64,000 bases of DNA, from assembly GCA_030390025.1 (NCBI GenBank), contig JASTWF010000349.1, positions 124,001 through 188,000 on the forward strand. The letters are read 5' to 3'. Source of the stretch: Squalus acanthias (lineage: Eukaryota). Made by a program: the position numbers and the translations under genes. How positions within the stretch are numbered: the stretch's first letter is position 1; each line of letters opens with the position of its first letter. The notes under the pieces are model-generated. The model made no database searches, was not told the DNA's origin, and saw only the letters and a list, made by a program, of their open reading frames with translations. Of the stretch, positions 42,701-50,219 are shown piece after piece.

Positions 42701-45076
42701 CAATGTCTGGTAATAAGCAGAATCTAGACCAATGTCTGGTAATAAGCAGAATCCAGACACATGTCTGGTAATAAGCAGACTCCAGAGAATGTCTGGTAAT
42801 AAGCCGAGTCCAGACAATGTCTGGTAATAAGCAGAGTTCAGACAATGTCTGGTAATAAGCAGAATCCAGACAATGTCTGGTAATAAGCCGAGTCCAGAAC
42901 AATGTCTGGTAATAAGCAGAATCCAGACAATGTCTGGTAATAAGCAGAATGCAGACAATGTCTGGTAATAAGCAGAATCCAAACAACGTCTGGTAATAAG
43001 CAGAATCCAGAACAATGTCTGGTAATAAGCAGAATCTAGACCTACGTCTGGTAATAAGCAGAATCCAGACAATGTCTGGTAATAAGCAGAATCCAGACAA
43101 TGTCTGGTGATAAGAAGCCAGATAATGTCTGGTAATAAGTAGCATCCAGACAATGTCTGGTAATTAGCAGAATCCAGACCAACATCTGGAAATAAGCAGA
43201 ATCCATACAATGTCTGAGAATAAGCAGACTCCAGACCAATGTCTGGCAATAAGCAGAATCCAGACAATGTCTGATAATAAGCAGAATCCAGACAATGTCT
43301 GGTAATAAGCAGAATCCAGACAATGTCTGGTAATAAGCAGAACCCACACAATGTCTGGTAATATGCAGAATCCAGACAATGTTTGGTAATAAGCAGAATC
43401 CAGACAATGTCTGAGAATAAGCAGAATCCAGACAATGTCTGGTAATAAGCAGAATCCAGATAATGTCTGGTAATAAGTAGCATCCAGACAATGTCTGGTA
43501 ATTAGCAGAATCCAGACCAACATCTGGAAATAAGCAGAATCCAAACAATGTCTGAGAATAAGCAGACTCCAGACCAATGTCTGGCAATAAGCAGAATCCA
43601 GACAATGTCTGGTAATAAGCAGAATCCAGACAATGTCTGGTAATAAGCAGAATCCAGACAATATCTGGTAATAAGCAGAACCCACACAATGTCTGGTAAT
43701 ATGCAGAATCCAGACAATGCTTGGTAATAAGCAGAATCCAGACAATGTCTGGGAATAAGCAGAATCCAGACCAACATCTGGTAATAAGCAGAATCCAGAC
43801 CAACATCTGGTAATAAGCAGAATCCAGACCAATGTCTGGTAAAAAGCAGAATCTAGACCAATGTCTGCTAATAAGCAGAATCTAGACCAATGTCTGGTAA
43901 TAAGCAGAATCTAGACTAATGTCTGGTAATAAGCAGAATCCAGACAATGTCTGGTAATAAGCAGAATCCAGACCTACGTCTGGTAATAAGCAGAATCCAG
44001 ACCTACGTCTGGTAATAAGCACAATCAAGATCTACGTCTGGTAATAAGCAGAATCTAGACCAACGTCTGCTAATAAGCAGAATCTAGACCAATGTCTGGT
44101 AATAAGCAGAATCTAGACTAATGTCTGGTAATAAGCAGAATCCAGACAATGTCTGGTAATAAGCAGAATCCAGACCTACGTCTGGTAATAAGCAGAATCC
44201 AGACCTACGTCTGGTAATAAGCACAATCAAGATCTACGTCTGGTAATAAGCAGAATCTAGACCAACGTCTGGTAATAAGCAGAATCCAGACAATGTCTGG
44301 TAATAAACAGAATCCAGAACAACGTCTGGTAATAAGCAGAATCTAGACAATGTCTGGTAATAAACAGAATCCAGACCTACGTCTGGTAATAAGCAGAATC
44401 CAGACAATGTCTGGTAATAAGCAGAGTCCAGACAATGTCTGATAATAAGCAGAGTTCAGACAATGTCTGGTAATAAGCAGAATCCAGACAATGTCTGGTA
44501 ATAAGCCGCGTCCAGAACAATGTCTGGTAATAAGCAGAATACAGACAATGTCTGGTCATAAGCCGAGTCCAGAACAATGTCTGGTAATAAGCAGAATCCA
44601 GAAAATGTCTGGTAATAAGCAGAGTCCAGACAATGTCTGGTAATAAGCCGAGTCCAGACAATGTCTGGTAATAAGCAGAGTCCAGACAATGTCTGGTAAT
44701 AAGCAGCGTCCAGAACAATGTCTGGTAATAAGCCGAGTCCAGAGAATGTCTGGTAATAAGCAGAATCCAGGTCAATGTCTGGTAATAAGCAGAGTCCAGA
44801 CAATGTCTGGTAATAAGCAGAGTCCAGACAATGTCTGGTAATAAGCAGAGTCCAGACAATGTCTGGTAATAAGCTGAGTGCAGACAATGTCTGGTAATAA
44901 GCAAAGTCCAGACAATGTCTGGTAATAAGCTGAGTCCAGGTCAATGTCTGGTAATAAGCAGAGTCCAGACAATGTCTGGTAATAAGCTGAGTCCAGACAA
45001 TGTCTGGTAATAAGCTGAGTCCAGACAATGTCTGGTAATAAGCAGGATCCAGGTCAATGTCTGGTAATAAGCAGAA

Positions 45077-45585
45077 AACATAAGAACATAAGAAATAAGG
45101 GAAGAAATATTCCACTTGGCCCCTCGAGCCTGCTCCGCCATTCAATAAGATCATGGCTGATCTTGGGCTCTAAGCCACTTCCCCGCCCACTCCCCATAAA
45201 CCTTCACTCCCTTATCTTGCAAAAATGTGTCTATCTCCACCTTAAATGTGTTTAATGACCCAGCCTCCACAGCTCTCTGGGGCAGAGAATTCCACAGATT
45301 TACGACCCTCAGAAGAAATTCCTCCTCATCTCAGTTCTAAAAGGGCGACCCTTTATTCTAAAACTGTGCCCCCGCGTTCTAGATTTCCCCACAAGGGGAA
45401 ACATCCTCTCTGCATCTACCCTTGTCGAGCCCCCTCAGTATCTTATGTTTCAATAAGATCACCTCTCATTCTTCTATATTCCAATGAGTACAGGCCCAGC
45501 CTGCTCAACCGTTCCTCATAAGTCAACCCCCTCATCTCAGGAATCAACCGTGTGAATCATCTCTGAACTGCCTCCTTCCTTAAAT
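45077..45585 (-). mobile_element. CR1 LINE 3' fragment
   Basis: Tail (TTCTTATG)n on the minus strand at 45077, a 3' UTR similar to 2140-2210, and C-terminal ORF2 similarity. Confidence 0.85.
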
Positions 45586-46150
45586 AAAAATGAGAAGTCG
45601 CACAACACCAGGTTATAGTCCAACAGTTTTATTTGAAATTACGAGCTTTCGGAGCTCTGCTCCTTCCTCAGGTACAGTGAGGGAATACAAATCGGTTACA
45701 AAGTATATATAGACAGAGAACAATGTGTCTGCAGAGATACAATCCATCAGGGAGGCATTACATCAAAGACACAGCAGAGTACAGCTAAGACAATGAGGTG
45801 GGGTCACAGGGGGTCCAACGTGTCAAATGCTGCAGTCTGCAGTTAAGCTTTTTACTTTTTTTAAAAACTGGAATTCACATCTGTGAACCAGTCAACGATG
45901 TCGAGTCACGTCCTGTAGCGTGACATGAAACCAAGATCCCGGTTGAGGCCGTCCTCATGGGTGCATAACTTGGCTATCAGTTTCTGCTCGATGATTTTGC
46001 GTTGTCGTGTGTCTCGAAGGCCGCCTTGGAGAACGCTTACCCGCAGATCCGAGGCTGAATGTCCTTGACTGCTGAAGTGTTCCCCGACTGGGAGGTAACA
46101 ATCCTGCCTGGCGATTGTTGCGTGGTGTCCGTTCATACGTTGTCTCAGTG
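45586..46150 (-). mobile_element. PLE 3' fragment (pseudo-LTR), same family as 34382-37362
   Basis: GIY-YIG C-terminus MNGHHATIARQ..FMSRYRT (45906-46136), near-identical to the end of the 34760 ORF, followed by a related 3' UTR. Confidence 0.92.
45640..45674 (-). ncRNA. Minimal hammerhead ribozyme motif
   Basis: Minus strand reads UAC CUGAGGA A GGAGC-AGA-GCUCC GAAA GCUC^GUA. Confidence 0.75.
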
Positions 46151-46210
46151 CTAGGACCCCAGCTATTCACAATATATATTAATGATCTAGACGAGGGAAC
46201 TAGATGTAAT
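46148..46210 (+). mobile_element. 63-bp internal CR1 RT fragment
   Basis: Matches 1219-1281 with 3 mismatches. Confidence 0.85.
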
Positions 46211-46795
46211 GGCCCAGAAATTCGGGTCGGAGGCTTCCCGCAGGCGCAAGCCCCCGACCTCCACTTACATGCCTGCCGTTGTGCTGTGGGCCCGCGTGGG
46301 ATTCCAATCATGGGCGTCCTCCAGCTGCCGGTGTGCACTGCTCGCGTATCCCAGGGGCGCAACTAGTTCGCAGCGTCCCCTGGGATCACGTGGGCCATGG
46401 GGAGCCAATCGGAGCAGGGAATCTCCATTCATAGATTTGACAGGAAGACCTGTCGAATCTATGAATAGAGATCGGCCCCAAAACCTAAGTAAAACTTCAA
46501 ATAAATTTAAAAAAAAATCACATTTTTAAAATAACTATAAATTACATAAATTAACTATTTTAAACAAAAATTTAAATTTTTGAAAAAATTAATTAAAGTT
46601 TTTAACAGGGCTAAAAATAAACTTACCTTTCTTTAAAGTATTTAAAAATGATAAACCTGTGGAAAGAATGTTTCAATTTTACTTAATTCACCTCTTACCT
46701 TGTTAAAGGCAGGCCTTGCGCCTGCTTTTTCCACGCGCAGCTGCCAAGGACTTACCCGCACGGAGAAACCTGTAAAAAAAGCGGAAGTTCCAGGT
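46211..46795. mobile_element. Truncated MITE related to 7043-7802, opposite orientation
   Basis: Begins with GGCCCAGAAATT after AAT. It shares CTGGGATCACGTGGGCCATGG and the internal ATTCATAGATTTGACAGG palindrome with 7043-7802. The second TIR is missing. Confidence 0.85.
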
Positions 46796-48934
46796 CTACG
46801 CAAAGGCCTGACCTTCATCCCCTTACGCCCCCATCTCAATGAATTTCGAGCTCGGCACGATGCTGAGCTCTTTTTCCGCCGCCTCCGTCTCCGTGCCCAC
46901 TTCTCTGGCCAGGAGTCTTCCCCCCGCACGGCTGACCCTTTCTCCCGCTTTCAGAATTCTCGTTCCACCTGGACCCCTCCCTCTGGCCTCTTACCCTCTC
47001 TAGATCTTTTCATTGCTAACTGCCGCCGTGACATCGGCCAGCTCAATTTCTCTGCTCCCCTCACTCACTCCAACCTACCTCCCTCTGAACTTGCAGCACT
47101 CCATTCTCTCCGATCCAACCCTGACATTGTCATTAAACCTGCTGACAAGGGTGGCGCTGTTGTTGTTTGGCGAACCGACCTCTACCTAGCGGAAGTTGAA
47201 CGCCAACTCTCTGACACCTCCTCCTACCACCTGGACCATGACCCCACTACTGAACATCAAGCCACCGTGTCCAAGACCGTCACTGACCTCATCTCCTCTG
47301 GAGATCTTCTCCCCACGGCCGCCAACCTCATAGTTCCCCAACCGCGCACAGCCCGCTTCTACCTCCTTCCCAAGATCCACAAACAGGACTGCCAAGGTAG
47401 ACCCATCGTTTCAGCCTGTTCTTGCCCCACGGAACTTATCTCTTCCTATCTCAACTCTATTTTTTCTCCCCTTGTCCAGTCTCTTCCCACCTACATCCGC
47501 GACTCTTCCGATGCCCTCCGCCATTTTAACAGTTTCCAGTTTCCCGGCCCCAACCATCTCCTCTTCACTATGGACGTACAATCCCTCTACACCTCCATTC
47601 CCCACCAGGATGGCTTGAGGGCGCTCCGCTTCTTCCTTGAACAGAGGCCCAACCAGTCCCCATCCACCACCACCCTCCTCCGCCTGGCTGAACTTGTTCT
47701 CACATTGAACAACTTCTCCTTTGACTCTACCCATTTCCTCCAAATTAAAGGTGTTGCTATGGGTACCCGCATGGGTCCTAGCTATGCCTGCCTTTTCGTG
47801 GGATATGTGGAACACTCTTTGTTCCAGTCCTACTCGGGTCCCCTCCCTCACCTCTTTTTCCGGTACATTGATGACTGTATCGGTGCCGTCTCCTGCTCTC
47901 GCCCTGAACTAGAACATTTCATTCACTATGCTTCCAATTTCCACCCTTCCCTCACCTTCACATGGTCCATCTCCGACTCTTCCCTTCCCTTCCTCGACTT
48001 CTCCATCTCCATCTCTGGGGATAGGTTATTGACTAACATTCACTACAAGCCCACTGACTCCCACAGCTACCTGGACTACACTTCCTCCCACCCCGCCTCC
48101 TGTAAGGACTCTATTCCATTCTCCCAGTTTCTCCGTCTCCGCCGCATCTGCTCTGATGATGCCACCTTCCATACCAGTGCTTCCGACATGTCTTCCTTTT
48201 TCCTCAACCGAGGATTCCCCTCTACCGTGGTCGACACGGCCCTCGACCGTGTCCGTTCTATCTCCCGCACTTCTGCCCTCACCCCTGCCCCTCCCTCCCG
48301 GAACCACGATAGGGTTCCCCTTGTCCTCACCTTTCACCCCACCAGCCTCCACATTCAACGGATCATCCTCCGCCATTTCCGCCACCTCCAGCGTGATCCC
48401 ACCACCAAACACATCTTCCCCTCACCTCCCCTTTCAGCATTCCGCAGGGACCGCTCCCTCCGCGACACCCTAGTCCACTCCTCTACCACCCCCAGCACCC
48501 CTTCCACTTCGCCCGGCACTTTCCCGTGCACGCGCAGGAGATGCAACACATGCCCTTACACCTCCCCTCTTCCCACTGTCCAGGGCCCCAAACACCCCTT
48601 CCAGGTGAAACAGCGATTTACTTGTACTTCCTGCAATTTATTATACTGTATTCGCTGCTCACGATGTGGTCTCCTCTACATTGGGGAGACCAAACGCAGA
48701 TTGGGTGACCGCTTTGCGGAACACCTCCGTTCAGTCCGTAAGGGGGACCCCGAGCTCCCGGTGGCCTGTCACTTTAATTCACCGCTTCACTCCCACTCTG
48801 ACCTCACCGTCCTCGGCCTATTACACTGTTCCACGGAAGCGCAGCGTAAGCTCGAGGAACAGCACCTCATCTTTCGTTTAGGCACGCTACAGCCCTCTGG
48901 ACTCAATATCGAGTTCAACAATTTTAGATCATAA
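46700..48934 (+). CDS. PLE RT + GIY-YIG ORF (PLE-derived from about 46800; the first ~33 codons are MITE sequence)
   Basis: Motifs KGLTFIP, IKPADKGG, YLLPKIHK, GRPIVS, GVAMGTRMGP, FRYIDD, PCTRRRCNTC and LLYCIRC..LYIGETKRRLGDRFAEH. No internal stop, and no native start codon seen. Confidence 0.85.
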   Translation: MLKAGLAPAFSTRSCQGLTRTEKPVKKAEVPGLRKGLTFIPLRPHLNEFRARHDAELFFRRLRLRAHFSGQESSPRTADPFSRFQNSRSTWTPPSGLLPSLDLFIANCRRDIGQLNFSAPLTHSNLPPSELAALHSLRSNPDIVIKPADKGGAVVVWRTDLYLAEVERQLSDTSSYHLDHDPTTEHQATVSKTVTDLISSGDLLPTAANLIVPQPRTARFYLLPKIHKQDCQGRPIVSACSCPTELISSYLNSIFSPLVQSLPTYIRDSSDALRHFNSFQFPGPNHLLFTMDVQSLYTSIPHQDGLRALRFFLEQRPNQSPSTTTLLRLAELVLTLNNFSFDSTHFLQIKGVAMGTRMGPSYACLFVGYVEHSLFQSYSGPLPHLFFRYIDDCIGAVSCSRPELEHFIHYASNFHPSLTFTWSISDSSLPFLDFSISISGDRLLTNIHYKPTDSHSYLDYTSSHPASCKDSIPFSQFLRLRRICSDDATFHTSASDMSSFFLNRGFPSTVVDTALDRVRSISRTSALTPAPPSRNHDRVPLVLTFHPTSLHIQRIILRHFRHLQRDPTTKHIFPSPPLSAFRRDRSLRDTLVHSSTTPSTPSTSPGTFPCTRRRCNTCPYTSPLPTVQGPKHPFQVKQRFTCTSCNLLYCIRCSRCGLLYIGETKRRLGDRFAEHLRSVRKGDPELPVACHFNSPLHSHSDLTVLGLLHCSTEAQRKLEEQHLIFRLGTLQPSGLNIEFNNFRS

Positions 48935-49303
48935 CCTCAGCTCCAATCACATTTATATTTTATTTTTTCCACCCTTTTATTTGCCCCCCCCACCTTTTTT
49001 TTCCTCCTAGAAGCTGGCAGCTGTCCTTCATTCTGCCAGTGGATTTCACACTTCTTTCAGCCTTAATCTGTCACATTTACACCACCTCTAGCCTTGCATA
49101 TCTCTTAATGTCTCTTCATCTCCCCCTTTGTTCTTTTATCCCCTCCCCCTTTTCCCAGCTTTACTCTGGCCTTAAATCTATTTGATTTCCGGCTCTTCAC
49201 AGTTCTGACGAAAGGTCATCGACCTGAAACGTTAACTCTCTTTCTCTCTCCACGGATGCTGCCTGGCCTGCTGAGTTTTTCCAGCGTTTTCTGTTGTTAT
49301 TTC
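46800..49303 (+). mobile_element. Penelope-like element (Neptune type, second family), 5'-truncated
   Basis: Uninterrupted RT/GIY-YIG frame followed by a pyrimidine-rich 3' UTR containing a hammerhead motif. Confidence 0.95.
49201..49237 (+). ncRNA. Minimal hammerhead ribozyme motif
   Basis: Reads AGUU CUGACGA A AGGUC-AUC-GACCU GAAA CGUU^AACU, with stem I AGUU/AACU and a palindromic AACGUU stem III. Confidence 0.8.
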
Positions 49304-49402
49304 TGTAATAACTCATTGGGATTGGCACAAACTCTGTCCTTAATAAGTTAAAAATCAGAAGTCGCACAACACCAGGTTATAGTCCAACAGATTTATTTAA
49401 TT

Positions 49403-49441
49403 TTACAAGCTTTCGGAGCTGTTCGCTCCTTCTTCAGGTAA
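49403..49441 (-). ncRNA. Minimal hammerhead ribozyme motif (left arm)
   Basis: Exact reverse complement of 49533-49571. Confidence 0.78.
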
Positions 49442-49532
49442 GGTAGCTGTGAGAGAATCTCCCAGAATTCACAATACAAACAATATTTCTGTGTTTATAT
49501 TGTGAATTCTGGGAGATTCTCTCACAGCTACC

Positions 49533-49571
49533 TTACCTGAAGAAGGAGCGAACAGCTCCGAAAGCTTGTAA
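49533..49571 (+). ncRNA. Minimal hammerhead ribozyme motif (right arm)
   Basis: Reads UUAC CUGAAGA A GGAGC-GAACA-GCUCC GAAA GCUU^GUAA. Confidence 0.78.
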
Positions 49572-50219
49572 AATTAAATAAATCTGTTGGACTATAACCT
49601 GGTGTTGTGCGACTTCTGATTTTTGTCCACCCCAGTCCAACGCCGGCATCTCCACATCATGACCTTAATAAGTTAGACAGCGGAAGAATAATCACCATCA
49701 GACTGTATGACGTATAAATCAGGTTTTATTAAAAGTAAAGGTTAGCCAGCAGCATAAAGCCAATACATCAGATTTCACTGGATTACAGATTCTCTTACTT
49801 CCTTGAATACAAAAATAACAAGCATGACACATCACTCTCTCTCTCAATATGGTATCAGCTACTTGTCTCCATCGAGGTAAGGCTGTTATGTATTATCTTT
49901 AGAGCTGTCCCTCAAGTGGATTTCCAGGAATCAGGCCTCTCCCTCAGCAAGCTGCCCCTAGCGAAACCTGCTGACAAGCTGAGCCTCAGTGAGGTGGACG
50001 AGCCTGAAAGCTATGTGGATAACTCTCAGGAAGTGCTTCAGCTGTCATCAACACTAGTGGTTCTGCAATTAAAAAGCATTAATTATAGCTGTCAATTAAT
50101 TGGAATTCACTTCTGCAATTAATACATTAATATTTTTGGCGATTTTTTTTTTTAATGTGTGTTAATCGTGGAAGTTACACAGCGAGCAGAAGAACGGTGG
50201 AAATAGAAAATCAGGAGGG

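Larger units (their letters stand above)
5041..45076. repeat. Tandem satellite array, 28-bp unit GTCTGGTAATAAGCAGAATCCAGACAAT with 29-bp variants; roughly 1,300 units by length/unit arithmetic
   Basis: Head-to-tail repeat read directly from the sequence, interrupted only at 7043-7802 and 34382-37362. Confidence 0.99.
49351..49662 (+). mobile_element. ORF-less PLE-derived fold-back mini-element
   Basis: 127-bp inverted arms at 49350-49476 and 49498-49624. The tail GTCCACCCCAGTCCAACGCCGGCATCTCC matches the PLE tail at 34388-34416. TSD CCTTAATAAGTTA at 49338-49350 and 49663-49675. Confidence 0.92.

Noticed and set aside
5041..45076. CRISPR array (28-bp palindromic repeat)
   Set aside because: No unique spacers between the repeats, no cas genes, and a eukaryotic LINE and intron context.
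5214..45154. Long minus-strand ORFs up to 1851 aa as protein-coding genes
   Set aside because: The same peptide appears in all three frames, most starts are non-ATG, and the ORFs follow directly from a stop-free 28-bp unit.
49304..49860. Solo LTR (TGTAA start, TGGTATCAG resembling a primer-binding site at 49850)
   Set aside because: No second LTR, TSD or gag/pol sequence, and the primer-site match is short. It cannot be supported from this window.
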